Assembly: GCA_020051775.1 (NCBI GenBank)
Contig: JAGVQJ010000153.1
Coordinates: 4,115-68,114 of the forward strand
Reading direction: 5' to 3'
DNA length: 64,000 nucleotides
Source of the DNA: Calditrichota bacterium
GTDB lineage: Bacteria; Electryoneota; B3-LCP
Position 1 is the first letter of the stretch. Every line of letters begins with the position of its first letter. Shown one piece after another: positions 20,851 through 29,878 of this stretch. The notes under the pieces were generated by a model. That model was not told the DNA's origin. It saw only the letters and a program-made list of their open reading frames with translations, and did not search any database. The translations under genes and the position numbers were made by a program.

Positions 20851-21831
20851 ATGCGTGTACTCATGACGCTTTTAACATGTCTGGCCATGATGACTCTGAT
20901 TTCGAATGCGCAGGTGCTTTATGAAGAGCACTTCACCGGCGGGGTGACCAACTTGGCTTGGCAGGCGGCCTTTGTTGATTCTACGGGAATCGGCAATAAT
21001 ATGCAGGTCGAATTGGATCCGACCTCACCGGGTGGCGGTGACCTGTTCGTGGGAAAACTGGGTAATGACCTATCCGGCGGGAATGTGGGTTTGACCTATG
21101 CGGGAGACAGCTTGTTGACCGATTACACATTAACAGCTTGGGTGTTTGCTACCGTTTCAGCCGGTACAGGTCCTTATAATTCCCTGGTGTTCAGATACAC
21201 TTCCATTTTTACTTATTATCAATTGGACACTGACTTCGACTCCAGCCAGCGTTTGCGTTTCCGCAATAGAAACGGAGACCTGCCGCTTGTCATCCGCGAT
21301 TGGACTGCCGCAGAAATTCCCGGTGGTATTCCGACGACTTCAAGCTGGCACAAAATGACCATCCGTATGGTGGGAAATCAGTTCTGGCTTTACTGGGACG
21401 ATGTCATCCTGCCCGGATGCCCCTACACCGACGACACTCATACACGCGGATACTTTGGCGCATACATTTTTAATATGTTGAGCACTACTTCCGTCACCAA
21501 AGTTGAAGACGTAGTCGTCAGTTCCTCGGAATCAGCAGCGCCGCCGACGATCACCATCCTGCCCACCAATGCAGGATTACTGGCCGCGTATCCTAATCCC
21601 TTCAATCCTTCCACGAATCTCACCTTCACGCTGGATCGTTCTGCAGCCGTCAAGCTGTCTATTTTCGACGCTCAAGGCCGTCCGATATCCACCTTGATCA
21701 ACGGACAGATCCTGCAGAGCGGACAGCATACTATGCCGTGGAATGCCGGCAATCTGCCTGCGGGTGTCTATCTAACCCGATTAGAAGCCGGAAACCAATC
21801 GGTTTCCCAGCGAGTTGTTCTGGTGAAGTGA
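20851..21831 (+). CDS. Secreted beta-sandwich (LamG/DUF1080-like) protein with CTD
   Basis: Signal peptide; WHKMTIRMVGNQFWLYWD; YPNPFNPST CTD. Confidence 0.75.
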   Translation: MRVLMTLLTCLAMMTLISNAQVLYEEHFTGGVTNLAWQAAFVDSTGIGNNMQVELDPTSPGGGDLFVGKLGNDLSGGNVGLTYAGDSLLTDYTLTAWVFATVSAGTGPYNSLVFRYTSIFTYYQLDTDFDSSQRLRFRNRNGDLPLVIRDWTAAEIPGGIPTTSSWHKMTIRMVGNQFWLYWDDVILPGCPYTDDTHTRGYFGAYIFNMLSTTSVTKVEDVVVSSSESAAPPTITILPTNAGLLAAYPNPFNPSTNLTFTLDRSAAVKLSIFDAQGRPISTLINGQILQSGQHTMPWNAGNLPAGVYLTRLEAGNQSVSQRVVLVK

Positions 21832-21856
21832 TTGCGCTTGGCTTGAAAACAAACAG

Positions 21857-21889
21857 AAAAGCCGATCCACGCCTGTGGGTCGGCTTTTT
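21857..21889. terminator. Bidirectional terminator
   Basis: AAAAGCCGATCCAC-gcct-GTGGGTCGGCTTTT between convergent genes. Confidence 0.8.
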
Positions 21890-21945
21890 AATTTAATAAT
21901 CTGAAGCGCTGAAAGAATCGGCGCCATTATCTGTACGGCAAGCGG

Positions 21946-22275
21946 CTATTGCTTTCCATAGCCTATAAATCCATCATCCCCGCCGCAGTAACGCGGTGGG
22001 TTGCCGTTTTCGGGTAGTTCTCCAGGTATCAGCACAGGACCTTTAAGGATATTTTGCCAGAAACTCGTCCAAAACCACTGGAACGGACTGGAGTAGGTCC
22101 AGGAATCAACTACCGTAAACCACCACTGCATAGGGGTAGTTTGGTCGTCATTTACAGCAACGTATTGCGGTATTCCGTTTTCTCTGGCCTGCACAGGCGT
22201 GTTCAAGGCTAATAGAATTAGACCGACCAGTAAGCACGCCGAAGCGGCGAGTTTAATCATGAGTATTGTTTTCAT
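21946..22275 (-). CDS. Small secreted Trp-rich hypothetical protein
   Basis: Signal peptide ending VQA; ATGA overlap with upstream gene; GGGGA RBS. Confidence 0.7.
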   Translation of the reverse strand: MKTILMIKLAASACLLVGLILLALNTPVQARENGIPQYVAVNDDQTTPMQWWFTVVDSWTYSSPFQWFWTSFWQNILKGPVLIPGELPENGNPPRYCGGDDGFIGYGKQ

Positions 22276-23285
22276 GACTGTTTCCCCTCACTTATGGAGT
22301 CGGTCTGGCGATCAGCCATACCGAAGTAGAAAGCGAATAAATTATCGGCTGAATCGGGAGCATTTTGGTGTGCGGATTCGGCTTCGCGCGCCAGGAAAGC
22401 GCTAACTTCCCGGAAAACGCATCCGGCGCTGGTGGGATTCAAATGATACCAGTGCGTCCGAGCCATAGAAGGCGAGTCTGGATCTTGAAATCTGCTGTGG
22501 ATGACATCCAACATGGCTTGAGATACTTCGGTGGGTACGTTGCCATTGGGAACCGGCGCGGAACCCAAGTAGAAATGGTAAGGTTTAGTGACCCTATCCT
22601 GATGCTTGCATTCCATCTCATAAGCATCGCCTGTACCGACCAGATACTCTTGAAGAGCGCGTTGTAAACCTTCCGCCTGGGATAATCCCATCCGATAGAC
22701 CCTTAATACGGGTTCACCGATAGTGTGCTTAAAAGCATCCACGTGGCTGAGCAAACCGGAGAGCCGAGCGCTGACGTCAGTGGGATCAAACAGGGTAACG
22801 TGGCTGTCTACGGTCTGGTAAAGGGTTCTGCCTTCAGCGTACTCCGAGGTAATGCTGCCTTTCTGTTCCAGATCCTTCAGCATGGCCTTAAGCGACCGCT
22901 TCTGGAGGTCGTAAGGCGCGTGGATCAGGTAGGAAATTTCGGCCAGAATTTGTTGGAAGGTTTGAGGCTTTTCGGTCAGCAGGGTCAGAATTTCCCTGTG
23001 GAGCTGGCGGACTTTCACAAAGCTGGTGGTGACTTTGTTCAAATCATCCAGCTCTTTCAAACTGTACTGCACGTTGCGCAGCGATATGCCGAGATCGGAT
23101 ACGACCGCCATCTGGGCCGCTGAGGCGGGTTTCTCATCGTATTGTCGCCGGCAAACGTCCACCATGGCCAACTTCAGCAAGTTCTTCATGGTGGCAATAT
23201 CGCGATACCCTTTTTCCAGGGCATAAGAGCAGATGCTCTGGAAAAGCCCATAAAACAATTGGTCTTCGCTGTCTCGCACCTGCAT
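22272..23285 (-). CDS. Hypothetical HTH/winged-helix protein (DUF6502-like N-terminus)
   Basis: 337-aa ORF with GGAGG RBS; HTH-like VSDLGISLRNVQ and wHTH-like LKDLEQKGSI...GRTLYQ. Confidence 0.65.
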   Translation of the reverse strand: MQVRDSEDQLFYGLFQSICSYALEKGYRDIATMKNLLKLAMVDVCRRQYDEKPASAAQMAVVSDLGISLRNVQYSLKELDDLNKVTTSFVKVRQLHREILTLLTEKPQTFQQILAEISYLIHAPYDLQKRSLKAMLKDLEQKGSITSEYAEGRTLYQTVDSHVTLFDPTDVSARLSGLLSHVDAFKHTIGEPVLRVYRMGLSQAEGLQRALQEYLVGTGDAYEMECKHQDRVTKPYHFYLGSAPVPNGNVPTEVSQAMLDVIHSRFQDPDSPSMARTHWYHLNPTSAGCVFREVSAFLAREAESAHQNAPDSADNLFAFYFGMADRQTDSISEGKQS

Positions 23286-23354
23286 GGCAACCTCCTACCC
23301 ATGTCATTCAAGAAATCCCGTGGATTTCCACTTCGGTGTCGTTCTTGCAGCTAA

Positions 23355-23508
23355 AATATACTATAGAAAAACCGTAAAATCAAGTGCAATTTTTTGCACC
23401 CCAAGGGTTTCTCCGGGTTTTCACTTCCCCAGAAATTTTCTCAGGCTGAGTCTTTCCGTCTATAATATAATAAGAAAAAAGGCGAAAATCATGTGCAATT
23501 TTTTGCAC
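23355..23508 (-). promoter_or_regulatory. Tandem duplicated promoter plus palindromic operator
   Basis: GTGCAA-TTTT-TTGCAC at 23384-23399 and 23493-23508, each abutting (T/A)TGATT-N17-TATATT. Confidence 0.75.
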
Positions 23509-23757
23509 CAACCCTTATTTTTGGGGGTTGCTTCAAGATGTAATATAATCAATTTGATTGAAAAAAGCAAGGATTATTTAACTAACATCGAACATATTTG
23601 ACAATTGGTAATTCAGGAATTCTATCACCCACTGCGGAAGAAGCAGCCTTCTGGGAATTGATACGTAACAAATCCTTGAGGCAAGAGTTGATCCATCCGC
23701 TCGCGCCCTGATTTAGCTTGACATTCCCCGTTTTTCAAGCTATCTTAATTCCATTCA

Positions 23758-24582
23758 TTGCGCCAGTCGGCTTCAAGTGGAAAGTATAAGAAAAAATTTA
23801 CTGTGAAGAAACCGATCCCCGTGGGGGTGTCCCCGCGCCACACGCACCTTTCCAAGGACGATTTTCACCGCTTGTTCGGGCCGGACGCCGTGCTCTCCCG
23901 CGTGCGTGACCTGACTCAGGGCGGTCAGTTCGCCAGCGAACAGTTGGTCACCCTGGCCACTCCGCTTAGCCGCATTGAAAACGTGCGCGTGTTGGGGCCG
24001 TTCCGGTCGGCCACGCAAGTGGAATTGGCAAAATCCGAAGCGGTGCGATTGGGATTGAATCCTCCGGTGCGCGATTCCGGTGACCACGACGGTACTCCGG
24101 GATTGACCATCATCGGTCCGGCGGGGCGCGTCGAGATCAACCAAGGGGTCATTTTGGCGCAGCGGCACGTCCACATGACGCCCGCCGATGCTCGCGAATA
24201 CCAGGTCGTGGATAAGGAGATCGTGTTCATGGCGCTGTCGCCCAAGGGCACTTCACCGGCTCGATCTGCTCCGCGTACTGTAATTTTCGGAGACGTTTTG
24301 ATTCGCGTGCAGGAGAGCTTCCAATTGGATTTCCACCTGGACACGGACGAAGCCAACGCCTGCGGAGCGGTCACCGGCGATCCGGCGGTGCTCTTCCGCC
24401 TGGGCAGCGTGCCGCTGGAAAACAACCGCACGTATTACCCTAAGAAGCGCCTCTACACCGAGCATGACGTACTCAAAGCCTCCCGGGAAGGCAGCCTTAT
24501 TCTGGTGGAAAAAGGAACGATTCTAACGCCTTCCGCCAAGGACCTCGGGCGGGAAAAAGGAGTGTTTGAGTTTAAATTATGA
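23758..24582 (+). CDS. pduL: PduL-family phosphate acyltransferase with C-terminal extension
   Basis: VSPRHTHLS, NVRVLGPFR, PPVRDSGD, AQRHVHMTPADA, FHLDTDEANA motifs. Confidence 0.9.
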   Translation: MRQSASSGKYKKKFTVKKPIPVGVSPRHTHLSKDDFHRLFGPDAVLSRVRDLTQGGQFASEQLVTLATPLSRIENVRVLGPFRSATQVELAKSEAVRLGLNPPVRDSGDHDGTPGLTIIGPAGRVEINQGVILAQRHVHMTPADAREYQVVDKEIVFMALSPKGTSPARSAPRTVIFGDVLIRVQESFQLDFHLDTDEANACGAVTGDPAVLFRLGSVPLENNRTYYPKKRLYTEHDVLKASREGSLILVEKGTILTPSAKDLGREKGVFEFKL

Positions 24583-24769
24583 ATGATGAGTTATGAATAA
24601 GAATAACAATTGGTTAGATAACATTATTGTGGATGCATTGGATTATTACAAGTTTCACGGAATTTAACATTGTCTGAATCGCCGATTGTTGCATTAACTG
24701 TCGTGGTCGGGGGTGACCCCAATTACGGATTCAGCTAGTAGTTTAGACAACAATCTGCCGTCCTACAAT

Positions 24770-24795
24770 TGGATTCCCGCGTTCGCGGAAATGAC
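24770..24795 (+). repeat. REP-like palindrome (GGATTCCCGC...GCGGAAATGAC)
   Basis: Imperfect hairpin; related form at about 37717-37755. Confidence 0.5.
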
Positions 24796-24832
24796 ACTAG
24801 CCCAAGAGCCAAAAGCAAAGAGCCGTGATCCC

Positions 24833-25159
24833 ATGACCGACCAAGCCCAACGCGTAATCAAAAAAATCACCAACCGCATCGTGCGCAAGTTCCACCCGGA
24901 TAAGATCATCCTGTTCGGTTCTTATGCACGCGGGGAGGTCACCCGCGATAGCGATATTGATCTCCTGGTGATCATGGCCATCGAAGGATCAAATCGCCAA
25001 AAAATGGTGCAAATATACGATGAAATTGGCGCTGTTGGCATCCCTAAGGACGTCCTTGTTTATACGCCAGCCCAAGTTCGTAAATATGGGAATGTAGCTG
25101 GAACAACTCTTAAGGCAGCCTTAAGAGAAGGCGTAATCGTCTATGAAAAAAAATCCTAA
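24833..25159 (+). CDS. MNT antitoxin (nucleotidyltransferase domain)
   Basis: IILFGSYARG...DSDIDLLVI; ends EGVIVYE. Confidence 0.88.
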   Translation: MTDQAQRVIKKITNRIVRKFHPDKIILFGSYARGEVTRDSDIDLLVIMAIEGSNRQKMVQIYDEIGAVGIPKDVLVYTPAQVRKYGNVAGTTLKAALREGVIVYEKKS

Positions 25160-25556
25160 CCACGATATTGCACGCGAGTGGGTAATGTTAGCCTTGGCAG
25201 ACTTTGCCAATGCCGATAATATCTTTCGCTTGGAATTAGATCCCACGTATACGACCATCTGTTTCCATGCACAGCAATGTGTTGAAAAGTTCATTAAAGC
25301 AGCACTCGTCTTCCATGATATTGATTTTCCAAAAACACATGATATCACTGAACTGATAGAGCTTTTAAAACCCAGCTTGAATCTGAAACGGACTATTCCC
25401 AATGCCGGGCAACTGACTCAATTCGCCGTCACTACAAGATATCCCGGCTCCTGGGGTGAAATCACCAGAGAAGAAGTCGAGGCGGCTTTGCGCACAGCTG
25501 ACAAAATTGCCCACAAATTAACGCTTTACTTTCAGGAAAACGGACTAATAACTTAA
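25143..25556 (+). CDS. HEPN domain protein
   Basis: ICFHAQQCVEKFIKA, KTHDITEL, TTRYP motifs; overlaps MNT. Confidence 0.88.
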   Translation: MKKNPNHDIAREWVMLALADFANADNIFRLELDPTYTTICFHAQQCVEKFIKAALVFHDIDFPKTHDITELIELLKPSLNLKRTIPNAGQLTQFAVTTRYPGSWGEITREEVEAALRTADKIAHKLTLYFQENGLIT

Positions 25557-25562
25557 AGAACT

Positions 25563-26879
25563 ATGCCCGAAGCTACTATGGACAAAATCGTCGCGCTGGC
25601 CAAGCGGCGCGGCTTTGTGTTTCCCTCCTCCGAAATATACGGTGGCCTGAATTCCTGCTGGGACTACGGCCCCTTCGGCGTCGAACTGAAGAAGAACATT
25701 CAGGAATTCTGGTGGCGATCCATGACCCTGCGGCCTGATGTGGTCGGCCTGGACGCCAGTATCCTGATGCACCCCAAGGTCTGGGAAGCATCCGGACACG
25801 TAGAGAACTTCACCGATCCACTGGTGGACTGCCGGCAGTGCAAGGCGCGCTTCCGGGAAGACGAGATCCCGCCGGAGAAAATGGCAAAACGCCAATGCCC
25901 CAACTGCGGCAACAAGGACACCCTGACCGAAGCCCGCCGCTTCAATCTGATGTTCAAGACTTTCATGGGGCCGGTGGAAGAAGACGCCTCGGTTGTGTAT
26001 CTACGTCCGGAAACCGCGCAGGGGATATACGTCAATTACCTGAACGTGCAGACCACCACCCGGTTGAAAGTCCCCTTCGGCATTGCGCAGGTGGGCAAGG
26101 CTTTTCGCAACGAGATTACTCCCGGCAACTTCATCTTTCGCACGCGGGAATTCGAGCAGATGGAGATGCAGTTCTTCGTCAAACCGGGCGAGGATGGGAA
26201 GTGGTTCGAGTACTGGCGCAACCAGCGCATGGAGTACTACCAGAAACTGGGCATCCGACCGGAGAAACTGCGCTTTCATCCTCATGAGAAGGACGAGCTG
26301 GCGCACTACGCCAAGGAAGCCTGCGACGTGCAGTACGAATTCCCCTTCGGTTGGCAGGAACTGGAAGGGATCCACAACCGCACGGATTTCGACTTGAAGC
26401 GTCACCAGGAATATTCGGGGAAATCCCTGCTTTACTTCGATGACGCTACAAATGAGAAGTATCTGCCCTTTATCATCGAGACGTCGGCGGGCTTGAATCG
26501 CACGATGCTGACAGTCCTGGTGGACGCCTACTGGGAAGATACGGCGCATGAGCGCGTAGTACTTAAACTGCATCCCCGACTGGCCCCGATAAAAGCGGTG
26601 ATTTGTCCGCTCGTAAAAAAAGACGGGCTGGCAGAAATCGCCGAGAAGATCACCGAAGACCTCCGCTGGCATTTCCCCGTGCTGTACGATCAGCAGGGCG
26701 GCATTGGCAAGCGCTATTACCGCCAGGATGAGATCGGCACTCCCTACGGTATCACTGTAGACTACCAGACGAAGGAAGATCAGACAGTCACTCTGCGCGA
26801 TCGCGACACTTTGGATCAAATTCGTCTACCCTATACCGCACTGGCTCAAGAGATCGAAAAACGGCTGCGATCAGCCTGA
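25563..26879 (+). CDS. glyQS: Glycine--tRNA ligase (homodimeric, class II)
   Basis: SEIYGG, YLRPETAQG, FRNEITPGNFIFRTREFEQME, GKRYYRQDEIGTP. Confidence 0.98.
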   Translation: MPEATMDKIVALAKRRGFVFPSSEIYGGLNSCWDYGPFGVELKKNIQEFWWRSMTLRPDVVGLDASILMHPKVWEASGHVENFTDPLVDCRQCKARFREDEIPPEKMAKRQCPNCGNKDTLTEARRFNLMFKTFMGPVEEDASVVYLRPETAQGIYVNYLNVQTTTRLKVPFGIAQVGKAFRNEITPGNFIFRTREFEQMEMQFFVKPGEDGKWFEYWRNQRMEYYQKLGIRPEKLRFHPHEKDELAHYAKEACDVQYEFPFGWQELEGIHNRTDFDLKRHQEYSGKSLLYFDDATNEKYLPFIIETSAGLNRTMLTVLVDAYWEDTAHERVVLKLHPRLAPIKAVICPLVKKDGLAEIAEKITEDLRWHFPVLYDQQGGIGKRYYRQDEIGTPYGITVDYQTKEDQTVTLRDRDTLDQIRLPYTALAQEIEKRLRSA

Positions 26880-26889
26880 TATAATATAT

Positions 26890-26917
26890 AAAGCGCTATT
26901 ATCAAGCGCTTTTTTTA
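26890..26917 (+). terminator. Terminator after glyQS
   Basis: AAAGCGCT-attatca-AGCGCTTT-TTTTT. Confidence 0.7.
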
Positions 26918-27093
26918 TAATCAGTGATCTCTATCAACCAAACTGGCTTACTTCTCGCATATTTTATGATAATCGGGGCTCAAACCGCAGAAGAATGCAA
27001 ATAAATGCACAAGGATGAAAAAATATCGCCGTTGTTCCCAGGTCATATCTCAAAATGAACTGGATTGATATTTTCCATAACCAAGAGGTCAAA

Positions 27094-29802
27094 ATGTCCG
27101 ACAGAAGATTAGTCTTGTGGCTTGGCTGCGTGCTGAGCTTGTTTCTCGTGGCGAGTCTGGCTTTTAGCGCGCCGCAATGGGTTTCCCTGAACGGTCAAAC
27201 CGGCGCTGCACCGATGGTACAAGTTGTAGATCACAGCAACGCCGGGACTACTTTACGGGTGACGATTCCCGGTTTCTGGAGCGAAGAAAAAATCCAATCC
27301 GGAGAAATTTTCCAGGTCTTAAGCTTCGGGGACAACGCGACCACAATGGAGGTGGGTGCCCCCATGCTGCCTAAGATCGTGGAGCTTGTAGCCATCCCAG
27401 CGCGCAGCGACCTGCGCGTGTCGGTCCGGGATCTGGACATGCTGACTCTGCATAATTACCGACTCTACCCCTTCCAAACGCCCACGACGGACGACCAGGC
27501 CGAAGCCTCCTTTGTCATGGATCAAGCCGCTTACTCCGTCAACGCGTACTATCCGCAAGCTGTGGCTAACGTCTCGGATCCACAAATCTGGCGCGATGTG
27601 CGCCTGACAGGATTGGAACTCACGCCGGTGCGCTACAATCCCGTCAGTCGGGAGCTGGTTGTCGCCCGCTCATTCGAGGTGCGCATCGAGTATTCCGGCG
27701 TCAACATGCACCATGCATTGGATCACGATCCCGTTTCTGTCAATCCAATCTACGACAACATGTACCGGTCGGCCATTATCAATTACGATAACTTACACTT
27801 GGACGTGGATCGCACGGACAGTCCCGGAACCAAGTACCTCGTCGTGGTTCGGCAGGAGGCGCTTACTCACGTGCAGCCTTTGATTGATCTGCGCAATGCG
27901 CAAGGCTACAAAACGGAAGTCAAGATCTACCCGACGACTGGCTTTGACACCGATTATGCCATTAAAAGTTACATCACCTCTCTGTTTGTCTCCTCGGCGC
28001 TGGAATATGTGCTTCTCGTCGGCGACGCCTACCACGCCGGGGGCTCCAGCCAGATTGACGTGCCCATGCACATGTGGGTGGATTCATACTCAGATTCCTG
28101 GTACACTTCGCTGCAGGGCGACGGCGACTATTTCGCCGATCTGGCTATCGGACGCCTCGTTTACGACAATATGACCGAGCTGGATCGCCAGGTAAGCAAA
28201 ACCATGGCCTATATGCAGACGCCCGACTTGACTGCCAATTGGGCTGGTAACTCCCTGCTGGTGGCGCATCAGGAACAGTATCCGCAGAAATATACACTAT
28301 GCAAAGAACAAATTCGCACGTTCAACTACGCGATCCAAAATCCGACTTTCGCCACCGCTTATGGCGGCGCCGGAGCTACCAACCAGCAGGTGATTGACTA
28401 CATTAACAACCAGGGCACCGGCCTGCTGAATTACCGCGGGCATGGTTCGGCTACGGAATGGTGGCAGTGGGGCCCTTCAGGCAGCTTCACGGCTACGCAT
28501 ATCGCTCAGTTGACGAACCTCAATCGTTACTTCGTGCACTTCGACGTCTGCTGCGATAATATGAATATCCCTAACTACAACGGTAATTGCCTGGCCGAAT
28601 CCTTCATGAAAGCCACCGCTGCGGCCATAGCCATCAACGGAGCCATCATTCCGTCCTACACCATCCCCAACCATGATTACGACAAGGAATTCTACAAAGC
28701 GCTTTATAATAACGGCATCTGGCATATCGGCTATGCGTCCAACTACGCCAATGTGGCGGTCGTGACGCTTCACGGCAGCATTGGTCAGTCCAACTATCGC
28801 ACCTACTTATGGTTGGGTGATGCGGCCATAGACCTGTTGACCGCAACGCCGCAGCAGTTGACCATGCAGTATGAGCCGACCATCAACCTGGGTAGCCAGG
28901 ATTTCCAAGTTACGGTACTGAAGTCTGGTCAGCCGGTCGCCAATGCCCTGGTTTGCGCTCAGGGCGCCGGCGCCTATGCTCGTGGGTTCACTAACGCCTC
29001 GGGTGTGGCTTACCTGGTGTTCAGTGAAATGCCCGCGTCGCAAGTACAGGTGAACGTGCGCGCTTCGGCTCACAATGGTTTGGACGCCACCGGTACAGCC
29101 ACGATCATACCAAGCGGTTCTCCGTATGCCGTCGCAGTAAACCTGACGGCGACTACAGCTCTGGTCATTCCTCCCGGCGGCGGCAGTTTCAGCTACACGG
29201 TGAATGTGACGAACAGCGAAAACTACAGCCTTCCGGTACATGCCTGGACCGATTGGGTCTATCCCAACAGCACCATTCACACGCCGTTTATTGATCGTTT
29301 CCTCACCCTCGTTCCCGGAGCTCCACTCAACCGCTCCCTTACGCAGAGTGTAGGCGGATCCGAACCCCCCGGAACTTATCTCTATCGCGGGTGTGTAGGG
29401 ACCTATCCCGGCGGCACGATTTACGCTGCGGATACGCTGGTGTTCACGAAATCTGCGGTGGATGAATGGCTGGGCGAAATACCCTCCCTGGTTTTGGGCT
29501 CTGAAGTCACCGGCTGGGATGAACCGGCTACAATAGCGCCACAGCATTACGCGCTGTCCCAAGCTCCCAACCCCTTCAATCCCGTAACTACGATAAGCTT
29601 CTCGCTACCAATCAGCGCCCGAGTGCGCCTGACCATCTTCGACACCCTGGGGCGCGAAGTCGCCGTGCTGGTGGATGGTTACCGTGTCGCGGGAAATCAC
29701 CAGGCAACGTTCGATGGCTCCGAGCTGGCTTCAGGCATTTACTTAAGCGACCTGCAAGTCGGTGACGTGCATTTATCGGGCAAGATGGTGTTAATGAAGT
29801 AA
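27094..29802 (+). CDS. C25 (gingipain-like) cysteine peptidase with propeptide and CTD
   Basis: GAPMLP propeptide, YVLLVGD, DSWY, LAIGRL, NYRGHG (His), VCCDN (Cys), LWLGD; PNPFNPVT CTD. Confidence 0.9.
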   Translation: MSDRRLVLWLGCVLSLFLVASLAFSAPQWVSLNGQTGAAPMVQVVDHSNAGTTLRVTIPGFWSEEKIQSGEIFQVLSFGDNATTMEVGAPMLPKIVELVAIPARSDLRVSVRDLDMLTLHNYRLYPFQTPTTDDQAEASFVMDQAAYSVNAYYPQAVANVSDPQIWRDVRLTGLELTPVRYNPVSRELVVARSFEVRIEYSGVNMHHALDHDPVSVNPIYDNMYRSAIINYDNLHLDVDRTDSPGTKYLVVVRQEALTHVQPLIDLRNAQGYKTEVKIYPTTGFDTDYAIKSYITSLFVSSALEYVLLVGDAYHAGGSSQIDVPMHMWVDSYSDSWYTSLQGDGDYFADLAIGRLVYDNMTELDRQVSKTMAYMQTPDLTANWAGNSLLVAHQEQYPQKYTLCKEQIRTFNYAIQNPTFATAYGGAGATNQQVIDYINNQGTGLLNYRGHGSATEWWQWGPSGSFTATHIAQLTNLNRYFVHFDVCCDNMNIPNYNGNCLAESFMKATAAAIAINGAIIPSYTIPNHDYDKEFYKALYNNGIWHIGYASNYANVAVVTLHGSIGQSNYRTYLWLGDAAIDLLTATPQQLTMQYEPTINLGSQDFQVTVLKSGQPVANALVCAQGAGAYARGFTNASGVAYLVFSEMPASQVQVNVRASAHNGLDATGTATIIPSGSPYAVAVNLTATTALVIPPGGGSFSYTVNVTNSENYSLPVHAWTDWVYPNSTIHTPFIDRFLTLVPGAPLNRSLTQSVGGSEPPGTYLYRGCVGTYPGGTIYAADTLVFTKSAVDEWLGEIPSLVLGSEVTGWDEPATIAPQHYALSQAPNPFNPVTTISFSLPISARVRLTIFDTLGREVAVLVDGYRVAGNHQATFDGSELASGIYLSDLQVGDVHLSGKMVLMK

Positions 29803-29820
29803 GCTTAGTATCTCAGTAGT

Positions 29821-29862
29821 GAAAAGCGGTTGTCCCAACCAGGGACAGCCGCTTTTCGTTTT
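29821..29862. terminator. Bidirectional terminator
   Basis: GAAAAGCGGTTGTCCC-aacca-GGGACAGCCGCTTTTC. Confidence 0.8.
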
Positions 29863-29878
29863 GAAACTGGAGCTGTGA

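Noticed and set aside
26001-26819. 272-aa antisense ORF in glyQS, and similar ones at 28807-29562 and 47205-47921
   Set aside because: Shadow frames from codon bias of well-supported genes; no motifs
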